A stretch of 64,000 nucleotides of DNA from Nitrospinales bacterium (GTDB lineage Bacteria > Nitrospinota > Nitrospinia > Nitrospinales > VA-1). The notes below the pieces were generated by a model. It ran no database searches and was not told where the DNA came from. It saw nothing but the letters and a program-made list of their open reading frames with translations. Below, in pieces: positions 39,960-50,469 of this stretch. A program made the position numbers and the translations under genes. Position 1 is the stretch's first letter. Each line of letters begins with the position of its first letter. The stretch spans positions 896,001 through 960,000 of the forward strand of contig OZ253496.1 in NCBI GenBank assembly GCA_965262115.1. Reading direction: 5' to 3'.

Positions 39960-41576
39960 ATGACATCTCTTAAAAAGGCAATATTAGTAACCGTTCTGCT
40001 CCTTGCAACCGTTGCTCCCGCAAACGCGACCTACCCTTTGCCGGATGTTGCGCACTGGGATCTTTCGGTCTCCAATGAAAGAAATGATCCAGACTACCAG
40101 AAGGTCCGGGATCTGGTTGCGCAAAAACAATTTGACGAAGCACTTGCAATTCTTGGCAGGAAAATCACCGAACAACCTAAAGAAGCCACTCCTGATATTC
40201 TGAAAGCAGTGATTTTAAATGAAAAGGATGAGCCCAAGAAAGCTCTGGAAGTTCTGCTGACCGGATTTAAAAAGGAACGCCAGCACCCTGCCCTGCATTT
40301 TGCTTTCTGCCAGATCCACCGCAAACTGGGCAACGGCCTGATCTCGGAAAAGGCCTGTATCATCGCCGCCCAGCAACACCATCAAGATCCTCTAGCACAT
40401 TATGAGTTTGCTTTAACTTTGATGGCTCGAGGCAAGGCAAAAGAAGCTAATAAGGAGTTGGCGGAGAGCACCAGGCTGGACCCAAAAAATTCAACCTACC
40501 CTTACGAAAGGGGGATGATTTTTAATTATCTGAATCAGAATAATGAGGCCGAAAAATCTTTCAAGCGCGCGTTTTCACTCGACAAGAGCAATGTTGAAGC
40601 GGCTTACCAGCTCGCTTATCTTTATGCCACACGGAGCGACAAAGAACAGGCGGAATCCTATATCAACCACATTCTGGACAACCATCGGGATCAACCCAAG
40701 GCGGAGTCGGCTAAACTGCTCAAAGAATATATTTATAAAAATGAAACCGACAAATTGCCCTTGAAAGTTGTCCCGGGACAATATCATTTGAGCCGGTCAA
40801 AAACCCTTTACCAGTCCAAACAATTCGGTTTATGCATCATTGAGGCGGAAACCGCCGCACGACTGAGCCCCGATGACCTGGCAGTCCAGGAGATTCTTGT
40901 TGGACTCCACAGTATGTTTCTGCGGTTGGACATGGCGGAAAAATCTGTCGAGCAGTTTATTGAATACGCCAAAGACGACAACAAATTCAAGAGCCGAGGA
41001 CACCAGGAATTGGCAGACATAAAGGTTCTTCGAGGTCACTTGAGTAAAGCCAAAGAACACTATGAAAAGGCCAAGAGTCTGGGGGATCCTAACGGAATAG
41101 CCAAGGCCTCTCTGGATGAATTTCCAGAGAACATTAATTCAATAGAACGGCAACCTTTGAACCCAAATATTTTGTTAATTAATCCTACCGAAGCGTTGAA
41201 CAGAAAGGGGGAGATTTTTGCTCATTTTGGAATGTACCAACGAGCTCTGGGTATCTATTCCATGGTTTTAAGAATGGACCCCACCAATCTCACCACTTTG
41301 CTCAATACCGCCACCGCCAATTATAAAAACGAAAAATACACCCGAGCTATCTCTATTCTCGAAAGATTGTTTGTGATTCATCCCAACCACGAACATATCA
41401 TCGCCCACCGGTTACTACTGGCCCGGTCTTACGTCATGAACGGGGATCTTGGAGACGGAATCAAAAATCTTGAAATAGTTATGAAACTGCGCCCAAACAT
41501 GAAAAAAGTCATCGCCTCAGACCCGACTTTTGAGAAGTTAAGGGCTCTCGAATCTTTCAGAATTTTAGTTCAGTAA
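39960..41576 (+). CDS. Exported tetratricopeptide-repeat protein
   Basis: Signal peptide (ANA) and multiple TPR-like repeats. Confidence 0.85.
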   Translation: MTSLKKAILVTVLLLATVAPANATYPLPDVAHWDLSVSNERNDPDYQKVRDLVAQKQFDEALAILGRKITEQPKEATPDILKAVILNEKDEPKKALEVLLTGFKKERQHPALHFAFCQIHRKLGNGLISEKACIIAAQQHHQDPLAHYEFALTLMARGKAKEANKELAESTRLDPKNSTYPYERGMIFNYLNQNNEAEKSFKRAFSLDKSNVEAAYQLAYLYATRSDKEQAESYINHILDNHRDQPKAESAKLLKEYIYKNETDKLPLKVVPGQYHLSRSKTLYQSKQFGLCIIEAETAARLSPDDLAVQEILVGLHSMFLRLDMAEKSVEQFIEYAKDDNKFKSRGHQELADIKVLRGHLSKAKEHYEKAKSLGDPNGIAKASLDEFPENINSIERQPLNPNILLINPTEALNRKGEIFAHFGMYQRALGIYSMVLRMDPTNLTTLLNTATANYKNEKYTRAISILERLFVIHPNHEHIIAHRLLLARSYVMNGDLGDGIKNLEIVMKLRPNMKKVIASDPTFEKLRALESFRILVQ

Positions 41577-41701
41577 TCCCCATGTCTCAACAAAAAGTTA
41601 AGTTTGACTTTAAATTTACGTTCCTGTCTAATGCAGCACAATGTCACTGCTTTATTTTTTTCGTAAAGACCCCATGAACCCAAGGCACGGGGAGATAACA
41701 C

Positions 41702-42157
41702 ATGACTACACTCCAATATCCAACTAAGGGTTGGAAGTTTTTTCCAGTTTTCACATCTTTTCTCTCATTATTTTTTCTCCTGATTCAAACTCCAGCAACG
41801 TTTGCCCAAGGTATTTGTACGGATGGGTTGCAGGAATTACAAAAAAGCCAGGGAATTATTCAGACTAAGGGAGGGATTTGGGGGTATCTTGAACAATCTT
41901 CCGCTCTGAAAGACAAATCCATATTAGGACTGCAAATTGACGGCAAACTGCAACGCCTGATCGTTTCCTTTGAAAGCCTTTGTCAAGAAGGCAAAACCCC
42001 TACTCCAAAGCTTTATAATTTAATTTTAAACCTGATTGGGGATGCCAGAATGATTTTCAATAGACCTGCTGATCGGCAACCCAAAGAAAAGGTGTTGGAA
42101 AAATTGAACGGTCTAAACAAAAACATTGATGAACTGCTGGCCCAACTGCCCAGTTAA
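41702..42157 (+). CDS. Exported hypothetical protein
   Basis: RBS GGGGAG, signal peptide, two Cys. Confidence 0.75.
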   Translation: MTTLQYPTKGWKFFPVFTSFLSLFFLLIQTPATFAQGICTDGLQELQKSQGIIQTKGGIWGYLEQSSALKDKSILGLQIDGKLQRLIVSFESLCQEGKTPTPKLYNLILNLIGDARMIFNRPADRQPKEKVLEKLNGLNKNIDELLAQLPS

Positions 42158-42163
42158 GCAACC

Positions 42164-42636
42164 ATGGCTGAATTGAAAGAAGGAAAAAAGGCGCCGGACT
42201 TTACGGCGATTGATCAGAACGGAAAAAAATCAAACTCAGTTCTTTTAAAGGTAAGAAGCATGTCGTGCTTTATTTTTACCCTAAAGACATGACTCCCGGA
42301 TGCACCACGCAAGCCTGCGACTTCCGCGACCAGCACAAAAAATTTAAAAATACTGTCGTCCTCGGCGTTAGCATTGATTCAACCGAAAGGCACCAGAAGT
42401 TTATTGAAAAATACGACCTTCCTTTTACTCTCCTTGCTGACACCGATAAAAAAGTGGTGCAAAAATACGGAGTCTGGCAGGAAAAGAAACTCTATGGGAA
42501 AACCTTTATGGGAATTGTTCGAACAACCTTCATCATCGACAAGACAGGCACGATCCAAAAAATATTCCCCAAGGTCAAAGTAAAAACCCACATCGAAGAA
42601 GTCCTTTCCGTATTGAAGGAAATCTACAAGGCGTAG
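42164..42636 (+). pseudogene. bcp: Peroxiredoxin Bcp/PrxQ with a one-base frameshift in an A7 run
   Basis: MAELKEGKKAPDFTAIDQNGKK in one frame and IKLSSFKGKKHVVLYFYPKDMTPGCTTQAC in another; one extra A at 42223-42229 joins them. Confidence 0.88.
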
Positions 42637-42714
42637 CCTTGCCACTCGGCGTAGGGCCAATGAACAATAACTTTCGCTGGCAAACAATAGATTAAATCGG
42701 CTTGATGATCCGTA

Positions 42715-44133
42715 CTACCTGCCCCCGGCGGCTCGCCGGGCCATTAATTTCTCAATCTGTTTTACAGTTCTGGGAATCTTGCTGGAAAGATTCAAACAGC
42801 CGGTTGCTGTCATCACAAGATTGTCCTCAATGCGAATGCCTATCTTTTCATCATAGTTTTTTCCGTTCAGGCGCAGACGAAACTCCCCATACAACCCGGG
42901 TTCATTGCTGATCATCCAGCCCGGCTTCATGGGGTGCTTGGCGTAATTACGAAAAGGATCCCCATCATGCTCCTGTTCCCCCATCAAGTGGCTCACCCCG
43001 TGCGGTCTTCCTTTATATTGCAACTTAACCTTTCCCCCAATCGCCTTGAAATCGCGTTCCAGCCCCTCATTGACCTTATCCCAGCATACGGTGTTCAACT
43101 CTTCAATCGTTAGCCCAGCCCGCGCCTTTTTCTCTACCGCAATATGGGCTTTAAGAACGATTTCATAAAGTATTTTCTGCATGGGGTTGAACCGCCCCGA
43201 CACAGGAAAAGTCCTAGTGATATCGGCATGCATGGTCATCCAGCGTATTCCAAAATCGATCAGCATCATTTCGCTTTTTGAAAAATTATCATCATTCTTT
43301 GTATAGTGGAGAATGGTTGCGTTAGCTCCTGATGCCACGATGGAAGGATAGCTAAGGCCAAAAGGGGTATTCATCAGCATCTGGCCTTCGAGAAACCCCT
43401 GCACCTGACATTCATTTTTAAAGTTACTGAAGTTTTTCAGCATCACCTTATATCCGCCGTTAGTTATATCTTGAGCTTTCCGGGCATTGGCAATATCATA
43501 TTTATCCAGCGGCAGGCGCAGTTCAAAATGACTCTTCATAATATTTTTCAAAGCCGCTTTTGGAGCTTTCCAAGACCGCAACCACCCCTCAAGTTTCCTT
43601 TTGAAATCAAAATTATGATCCGTGGTGATGCTAGAGACTTTGCCCCCTCGGGTGCCTTCCAGCCAAAACATTCCCAGAGTTTTTTTCTTCTGCTTCATGA
43701 ACCGCTCTTTCAGGACATCCTTAAATTCACGGATATCGCGAACATCCTGGATTCCCGTAACCGACCGCACTTCCCTCAAGCTTTGCTCATCCCCGACCCC
43801 AAAACGGACCCCCTCCAAAAACTCAAGGATTCGATCCTTGTTATCCACAAATAAAATTTCATCCGATACTTTTGAACCCGGGTCCAGCAACAGGATGACG
43901 TTATTCTGGTTAATGCCGGTTAAATACATCATTGCCGGCTCCTGATAAGTGGGGCAATAGGCATAGGACCAGGTCGTCTTTCCACCCGGACCATAAGGGA
44001 CCCCGGCAACGGCCATGAGTCGGCCTTCCTTCCCCATCAACTTCTTTCTTCTTTCGCGAAACCTCCGTTTAGCAAAGACCCCCGCCCCGCCATCCCGGAA
44101 TATTCCTGTATAAATTTTTTTCGATATCTTCAT
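42715..44133 (-). CDS. Aminopeptidase P (M24B) family protein
   Basis: YLTG, SIVASG.NATILHY, ADITRTFP, HGVSH, SNEPGLY, IRIED. Confidence 0.88.
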   Translation of the reverse strand: MKISKKIYTGIFRDGGAGVFAKRRFRERRKKLMGKEGRLMAVAGVPYGPGGKTTWSYAYCPTYQEPAMMYLTGINQNNVILLLDPGSKVSDEILFVDNKDRILEFLEGVRFGVGDEQSLREVRSVTGIQDVRDIREFKDVLKERFMKQKKKTLGMFWLEGTRGGKVSSITTDHNFDFKRKLEGWLRSWKAPKAALKNIMKSHFELRLPLDKYDIANARKAQDITNGGYKVMLKNFSNFKNECQVQGFLEGQMLMNTPFGLSYPSIVASGANATILHYTKNDDNFSKSEMMLIDFGIRWMTMHADITRTFPVSGRFNPMQKILYEIVLKAHIAVEKKARAGLTIEELNTVCWDKVNEGLERDFKAIGGKVKLQYKGRPHGVSHLMGEQEHDGDPFRNYAKHPMKPGWMISNEPGLYGEFRLRLNGKNYDEKIGIRIEDNLVMTATGCLNLSSKIPRTVKQIEKLMARRAAGGR

Positions 44134-44239
44134 TTTTTTTTAAGCGTCCCTAAATCATATTTTTATTCACAGGGTTTAATAGTACACTAAACGGAAACGT
44201 GGCCCAACCCCGGTTTATTAAAGAACAAATTCTCTCTTT

Positions 44240-44890
44240 ATGTGCGGACGATATACCCTGGCTAAACCTTTAAAGACCATCGAGTCTCATTTTGGCCCCA
44301 TCCATATCGATCTGGAATATCGACTGAGCTACAACATCGCTCCCAGCCAATTGTCTCCGGTCGTCATCAACCGTTCCGGACAAAGAGAATTGACAGAAAT
44401 GAAATGGGGCCTGGTACCGTCCTGGGCAAAGGATGAAAAAATGAAATTCATCAACGCCCGGTCAGAAACCGTCCGCGAAAAACCCAGTTTTAAAAACTCA
44501 TTGAAAAGCCAGCGTTGCCTGATTCCTGCGGATGGTTTTTTGGAATGGCAAGGAACTGAAAAACAGCCTTACCATATATTTTTAAAGACCCAGGCTCTCT
44601 TCGCCTTTGCCGGACTTTGGTCCATTTGGAACAGCCCAGAGGGAAAGAGTTTGAGCACCTATACTATTCTAACGACTGAAGCCAACAAAAAGCTAACTCT
44701 GATCCACCCACGAATGCCGATCATATTACCTGCAGAACAATACGAAACCTGGCTATCGCCCGACTCCGGCTTGGATCCCCTACATGAACTTTTAACAGCC
44801 TTCTCCTCGGAGGAGTTCGACTTTCACCCGGTGTCCAAAGAGGTCAATTCACCGAAAAACAACCACCCGGAAATTCTACAAAATATTTAA
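44240..44890 (+). CDS. SOS response-associated peptidase (SRAP/YedK)
   Basis: MCGRY, YNIAPS, WGLVP, INARSE, HPRMP. Confidence 0.93.
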   Translation: MCGRYTLAKPLKTIESHFGPIHIDLEYRLSYNIAPSQLSPVVINRSGQRELTEMKWGLVPSWAKDEKMKFINARSETVREKPSFKNSLKSQRCLIPADGFLEWQGTEKQPYHIFLKTQALFAFAGLWSIWNSPEGKSLSTYTILTTEANKKLTLIHPRMPIILPAEQYETWLSPDSGLDPLHELLTAFSSEEFDFHPVSKEVNSPKNNHPEILQNI

Positions 44891-45495
44891 TCTTTCTTTT
44901 TAAAAATTCCCAGCCATTCCTTGTCTTTTCTCTGTTCAGCAGACAAGGATGTTTTATCGAGCTCCTGAATTTCAAAATTCTTTGAAAAATTTGTTTCAAT
45001 ATCTTCACGGGTGGTGTTGTAGGGAGGTCCACCCTCCTTATCCGTATGATAAAACAATCCCACCAGCATTCCCCCCGGCCGCAATATTCTTGCAACGTTC
45101 AGGACATAGTCCATTCTTTGCCAGGGAGAGATGGCGCAAAAAAATGTCTGCTCGAGCACCAGGTCATAAACGCCATCGTGGGAGTCATCAAGACTGAAAA
45201 AGTCCTGATGCAAAACCCGGCCTTTAAGGTTACGTTTGTTCAAAGCGTTTTCTAAATAAGTGACGGCTCCTTCAGAAAAATCAATGGCCGTAACCTCAAA
45301 CCCGTTTTCCGCCAGGAATACCACTTCGTGCCCTCTTCCGCATCCAGGAACCAGCACTTTGCCCACAGGCAATTTTTCCTCCTGCCACAACTTGACAAAG
45401 GGAGGAGCCACCTGGCCCAGGTCCCAACCCAGGTCATTGGATTCATAATGGCCTTGCCAGTCTTCCCGGCTGTATCCTTTTGATTCCTGATTCAT
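44887..45495 (-). CDS. TPMT/thiol-halide-type SAM methyltransferase
   Basis: GWDLG, VLVPGCGRG, DFF, EQTFFCAI, GGPP. Confidence 0.85.
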   Translation of the reverse strand: MNQESKGYSREDWQGHYESNDLGWDLGQVAPPFVKLWQEEKLPVGKVLVPGCGRGHEVVFLAENGFEVTAIDFSEGAVTYLENALNKRNLKGRVLHQDFFSLDDSHDGVYDLVLEQTFFCAISPWQRMDYVLNVARILRPGGMLVGLFYHTDKEGGPPYNTTREDIETNFSKNFEIQELDKTSLSAEQRKDKEWLGIFKKKD

Positions 45496-46418
45496 GACAA
45501 AGCAAAATACTCAACAAGGTTCTGAATAGCCACCTTACCCATTGCCTCAACTGCTTCGCGGGCATTGCCTCCAATATGCGGAGTCACCATCAAATTAGGA
45601 AGCTGAAGAAATTCGGTATCTGTTGGGGGTTCCTCCCAGAACACATCCAATCCCGCACCGGCAATTGCTCCCGACACCAAAGCCTGATGCAGGTCTCCCT
45701 GATGAACCACCTGACCTCTGCTGGTATTAACCAGAAACGCTGACGCTTTCATTTTCGCGAACACCGCTTTGTCGATAAGGTTTTCGGTATATTCGGTCAA
45801 GGGCACATGAAGGGTCACAATATCGGCCTCTTCGATGAGTGCATCGAATCCTGCTTTCATAGCGCTGAACTGGCGGCAAAATTCGCTACGGTCTGCAATA
45901 TCCCGCACCTGGATCCGGCATTGAAACGGTTGAAGCAGGCGCACCAGTTCCTGCCCGACATTACCGCAACCAATGATGCCTACGGTTTTTCCGCTGAGCT
46001 CCTGTCCCCCATCGCGTTTCCAACCCCCTCTTTTTAATTCTTCGGATAACATATTATGGCAGAGCCCAATCATGAACCCCAGTGTCAGTTCGGCCACAGA
46101 CCTTCTGTTAGTGCCAGAGGTCACTCGCAGTTCAATATTGGCATGGCTTAACGCTTCCTGATCCAGATTGTCCAGTCCCACTCCATATTTTGCAATCATC
46201 CTCAGTTTAGGCAAGGAACGAATCAGTTCGGCATTGACAGGATCCCTTCCTATCAAAGTGGCATCGGCATCCGCCAGAAAATCGACCAGTTCGGTGACTG
46301 AAAGGTACCTGTCTTTTTCGTTGAAGATCGCGTTAGGAAAGTGACGCAATAATTCTGTTCGCAGTGAGAATGATTTGCAGAAGGCCGGAGGGGTGACCGC
46401 CACTCGTGGAGCATCCAT
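45492..46418 (-). CDS. D-2-hydroxyacid/phosphoglycerate dehydrogenase family protein
   Basis: GVGLDN, GCGNVG, LHVP, NTSRG, DVF.EEP, TPHIGG. Confidence 0.9.
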   Translation of the reverse strand: MDAPRVAVTPPAFCKSFSLRTELLRHFPNAIFNEKDRYLSVTELVDFLADADATLIGRDPVNAELIRSLPKLRMIAKYGVGLDNLDQEALSHANIELRVTSGTNRRSVAELTLGFMIGLCHNMLSEELKRGGWKRDGGQELSGKTVGIIGCGNVGQELVRLLQPFQCRIQVRDIADRSEFCRQFSAMKAGFDALIEEADIVTLHVPLTEYTENLIDKAVFAKMKASAFLVNTSRGQVVHQGDLHQALVSGAIAGAGLDVFWEEPPTDTEFLQLPNLMVTPHIGGNAREAVEAMGKVAIQNLVEYFALS

Positions 46419-46421
46419 TGT

Positions 46422-47612
46422 TCAGTCCAAAATCTGGGTCACAATGGAAGCACCGGCGGTATAGGTACCGATCATGGAACCCATACTGGAAAAAAAGAAA
46501 ATTAGAAACAACCGGGCAACACGGTTTTTCCACCACATGGAATAGACGGCAATATCTTCGCGCAGGGTTTCAAAGTCACTCACTTTAGGTTTACGCATAT
46601 AAGATTCCACCAAACCCACAACCATTCCCGCCCCAATAGTGGGATTCAAAGATGTTAAAGGGGCGGCGAAAAAGCCGGTGATGATAGAGACAGGGTGCCC
46701 AAAGGCAATCAAAGTTCCCAGCGCGCAGAAACCCCCGTTGAACAAAATCCAGGTTATCACCAACTGTTCTCCCAGTTCGGGAGACTGGCGAAAACCAACC
46801 ACAAACATGGCCATAATAAATACGCAAATGCCCCAACCTATAAAGTAGCCGACCCGGCTTGGAGGCGGTTTTTGGTCCAGCATTTTCAGATGATCCGAAT
46901 CAGGAGGAGACTCCATGGCTGGGAGCATGCCGATTAAATGTCCGGCGCCGACCAGTGCCAAAATTCTTTTTGGAGCATCTGGTTCATGGGCAATCTGCGC
47001 CAAACGCCCCACCATATACTGATCCCTCTCATCGATCAGAACTCTTTTGATTTCCGGCAACTCCTCACCAAACTCACTGACCACTGAATGTAATAAGTCT
47101 CCTTGCTTAAGGTCTTCAATTTGCTCTTGGCTGATCTCTTCGCCAACAAACACTCCAGCAATCATGCCCCCGACAATTTTAAGTTTTTGCCAGAACGACA
47201 CTTCGGTGACCAGCCGGTGCAGGGTGGTCGATATATTCCGGTCAATGACTTCCAGCCTGATATTTTTTTCATGCGCCAGTTCAACGGCTCGAATCATTTC
47301 CTGTCCGGCCTCAACGCCAATTCGTTCAGCCAGGCGTTTTTGATAGGCGGTCAAAGCAAGGTTGATCAGCAGGAGCCCGGCTTTCTTTTTGCGGAAAACC
47401 TGATAGATGTCGAGATTCTTCCACCAGGTCTGGTTGGTGAGGTTTTCCAGGCGCGGAGGACATAATTCCACCGCAACACAGTCGTAGTTGCCGTTTTGAA
47501 TATGTTCCTCGACCATTTGCACGCTCAATTTGGAGACATGAGCCGTTCCCACCAAGGTCACTTCTGATTCACCGAGATGAACAGTTTTAACAACATCTTC
47601 TTGCTTTTCCAC
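46422..47612 (-). CDS. TraB/PrgY-family membrane protein
   Basis: LVGTAHVS, VEL, LIDERD, VGAGH, APLTSLNP; GTG 47612 after AAGGA. Confidence 0.88.
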   Translation of the reverse strand: MEKQEDVVKTVHLGESEVTLVGTAHVSKLSVQMVEEHIQNGNYDCVAVELCPPRLENLTNQTWWKNLDIYQVFRKKKAGLLLINLALTAYQKRLAERIGVEAGQEMIRAVELAHEKNIRLEVIDRNISTTLHRLVTEVSFWQKLKIVGGMIAGVFVGEEISQEQIEDLKQGDLLHSVVSEFGEELPEIKRVLIDERDQYMVGRLAQIAHEPDAPKRILALVGAGHLIGMLPAMESPPDSDHLKMLDQKPPPSRVGYFIGWGICVFIMAMFVVGFRQSPELGEQLVITWILFNGGFCALGTLIAFGHPVSIITGFFAAPLTSLNPTIGAGMVVGLVESYMRKPKVSDFETLREDIAVYSMWWKNRVARLFLIFFFSSMGSMIGTYTAGASIVTQILD

Positions 47613-47776
47613 AGTATCCTTTCCCGAATAGTAGAGAACGACCAAACCGCCAAACAAGCAACAAAAAATTAATTGGGTTAAAATGAGGGAGACTGCATCG
47701 GTGAACAGGATTACCCTTTAATTCATGAGACCCCTAATTTAACATAAACCCCTTTAGTATTGAATCGGTCTTTTCC

Positions 47777-49768
47777 ATGCAACCGTTTAAACTTCAAGCC
47801 GACTACAAACCTGCCGGGGACCAGCCCCAGGCCATAGAAAAACTGGTTCAGGGCCTGGATTCCAACCCAAGCTCACAGACCCTTCTCGGGGTGACAGGCT
47901 CTGGAAAAACCTATGCCATTGCCAATGTCATCGAGCGAGTGCAAAAACCGACCTTGGTGCTCGCCCATAATAAAACCCTCGCGGCTCAACTTTACAATGA
48001 GTTTAAAACGTTTTTCCCGGATAACGCGGTGGGATATTTTGTCAGCTATTACGATTACTACCAGCCTGAAGCTTACCTGGCCCAAACCGATACCTATATT
48101 GAAAAAGACGCCTCCATCAATGACGAGATCGATAAAATGCGCCATTCGGCCACCCATGCTTTATTTGAACGCCGGGATGTCATCATCGTCGCCAGCGTTT
48201 CCTGCATTTATGGCCTGGGTTCGCCGGAAGCTTACCACGGCATGCTGCTGTTTTTGGAAAGAGGCAAAACTCTTGAGAGGGATCAAGCCCTGCAGAAACT
48301 CGTGGAAATCCAATACAAAAGAAACGATGTGGATTTTCAACGCGGCACCTTCCGGGTGCGGGGAGACGTCTTGGAAATCCTACCGGTTTACGAAAGAAAC
48401 GAAGCCCTCAGGATCGAATTTTTCGGCGACCAGATAGACCGGATTTCCGCTTTTGATCCACTCACCCGCCAATCAATCCGAGAGTTGGACCGCATCGCCA
48501 TTTACCCGGCCAGTCATTATGCCACTCCGAAAGAACTCCTGGAAAAGGCCATGGAAGACATCCGAGAAGAACTGATTGAACGGGTGGCTTATTTTGAAAG
48601 CCAGAATCTTCTTATCGAAGCCCAGAGAATTGATCAGAGAACCCTGTTTGATCTGGAAATGATCAAGGAAGTCGGTTACTGCCAAGGCATCGAAAACTAT
48701 TCACGCCACCTCATGGCCAGACCTGCAGGCGAGCCGCCACCGACTTTGCTGGATTATTTTCCCAATGATTCGCTTTTTATTATTGATGAGAGCCATGTGA
48801 CCCTGCCGCAGCTGCAAGGCATGTACAAGGGCGACAGCTCCCGCAAAGAGACCTTGATCCGGTATGGTTTCCGGCTGCCCTCGGCCTTTGACAACCGGCC
48901 TCTGACCTTTGAGGAATTTGACCAGCATGTCCGGAATATTATTTATGTTTCCGCCACCCCCAGTTCCTATGAATTGGAAAAATCCGGAAATCCTCCGGTG
49001 GAACTGATCGCGAGACCCACGGGATTGGTGGATCCGAAAATTGAAATTAAACCCGTGTCCAGTCAGGTGGACGATTTATATAACCAAATCCGTTCACGGG
49101 CGGAAAAAAACCAGCGCTGTTTGATCACGACGCTAACCAAAAAATTTTCTGAGGACCTGGCAGAACATTATTCCGAACTCGGATTGAAGGTCAAATACCT
49201 GCATTCCGACATCGTGACTCTGGAACGAACCCAGATCATCCGGGAACTCCGGCTGGGCGAATTCGACGCGCTAATAGGTATCAATTTACTGCGAGAAGGA
49301 CTTGATATCCCTGAGGTTTCTTTAGTGGCAATTCTGGATGCGGATAAAGAAGGTTTTCTGCGATCCACCACGTCCCTTATTCAGACCTCGGGCAGGGCCG
49401 CAAGAAACATTTCAGGAAAAGTTATCTTTTATGCCGATCAGGTGACCCGATCCATGCAAGCCGCAATCGATGAAATGAGTCGCAGAAGGGAAATCCAGCT
49501 TGCTTATAACCGGGAACACCACATAACCCCGCGCTCCATTCAAAGAGCCATTGAATTCTCCATGGAATATTCTGAGAATACGGAACCTGCGTTCGGGGTC
49601 ATGGAGGAAGAGGAAACCTATGAATCAGGAAAACCAGTTCTGCAGTTGATCGCGGAACTGGAAAAGCAAATGCTCTCTGTGGCAAAAGATCTGGAGTTTG
49701 AAAAAGCCGCCGAGCTCCGGGACCGAATCAAACGCCTGCGGGAAAAGGATCTGGAAATTATTCTATAA
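47777..49768 (+). CDS. uvrB: Excinuclease ABC subunit B
   Basis: [35 protein letters not shown]. Confidence 0.98.
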   Translation: MQPFKLQADYKPAGDQPQAIEKLVQGLDSNPSSQTLLGVTGSGKTYAIANVIERVQKPTLVLAHNKTLAAQLYNEFKTFFPDNAVGYFVSYYDYYQPEAYLAQTDTYIEKDASINDEIDKMRHSATHALFERRDVIIVASVSCIYGLGSPEAYHGMLLFLERGKTLERDQALQKLVEIQYKRNDVDFQRGTFRVRGDVLEILPVYERNEALRIEFFGDQIDRISAFDPLTRQSIRELDRIAIYPASHYATPKELLEKAMEDIREELIERVAYFESQNLLIEAQRIDQRTLFDLEMIKEVGYCQGIENYSRHLMARPAGEPPPTLLDYFPNDSLFIIDESHVTLPQLQGMYKGDSSRKETLIRYGFRLPSAFDNRPLTFEEFDQHVRNIIYVSATPSSYELEKSGNPPVELIARPTGLVDPKIEIKPVSSQVDDLYNQIRSRAEKNQRCLITTLTKKFSEDLAEHYSELGLKVKYLHSDIVTLERTQIIRELRLGEFDALIGINLLREGLDIPEVSLVAILDADKEGFLRSTTSLIQTSGRAARNISGKVIFYADQVTRSMQAAIDEMSRRREIQLAYNREHHITPRSIQRAIEFSMEYSENTEPAFGVMEEEETYESGKPVLQLIAELEKQMLSVAKDLEFEKAAELRDRIKRLREKDLEIIL

Positions 49769-49772
49769 AATA

Positions 49773-50318
49773 CTATCTTGGGGTTTCCCGGTTGTCCTTC
49801 GTTCTTTGAGCAATGAGTCTGGCAATCCCCGCTTCCGACTCCGGGAGAAGGTCTTGCCATTTAACTCCAGTTACATAAGGAGCAGAGTCACTTTTCAGGT
49901 TCTTTCTTAAGTTTTTCACATCCGCTTTTTGTAAGGTAATACTCCCGCCAGTAGGAATCTCTGCAGTTATATATAGCATTTTTTTTTGGTCACTTGGCTG
50001 CTATGACTGATCAATGCCCCTCCTGAACTGATATCTCTTATAATTCCAGAATCTTCATATTTTTTATCGCCTTCTTCATAGAAAAATGTAACGGGAATAT
50101 TGGCTTTGAAACATTCAAATTTCCTAAGGTTATGCATATCGAAGATGCGAGGATATTCAATGACCAGAAGTGAAATCGCCTGAGCCAGAGCATAGCTGGG
50201 TGATCACATATTGCCCCTTCATCCATCCCCTGATACAAACGGAAAAAACCTCACCGCGAAGGGTGGCGGTCACTTTCTGTCCCATCACAAAAGGGATTTC
50301 ATCACTTTTTATAGGCAT
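49773..50318 (-). pseudogene. Flagellar-brake (YcgR-like PilZN-PilZ) pseudogene
   Basis: Hand-stitched frames give IRGWMKGQYVIT / LLVIEYP..HNLRKFEC..RDISSGGALI / YVTGVKWQDL; two frame breaks. Confidence 0.75.
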
Positions 50319-50469
50319 AATAACCTCTAATAAATCACAACCCGCCAGAATCATAGCAACTGCACCTTATTTGTATCGGCAAGAAAACAAATTAAACAAC
50401 CTCATACAGATATACAAGAAAAAAAACATTTACATTGAATACAGGCTCAATGCGGCGTTTTCTCAAAGG

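Noticed and set aside
46422..47612. Conjugation system suggested by the TraB name
   Set aside because: This is the TraB/PrgY/GumN family, and no relaxase or T4SS genes are present.
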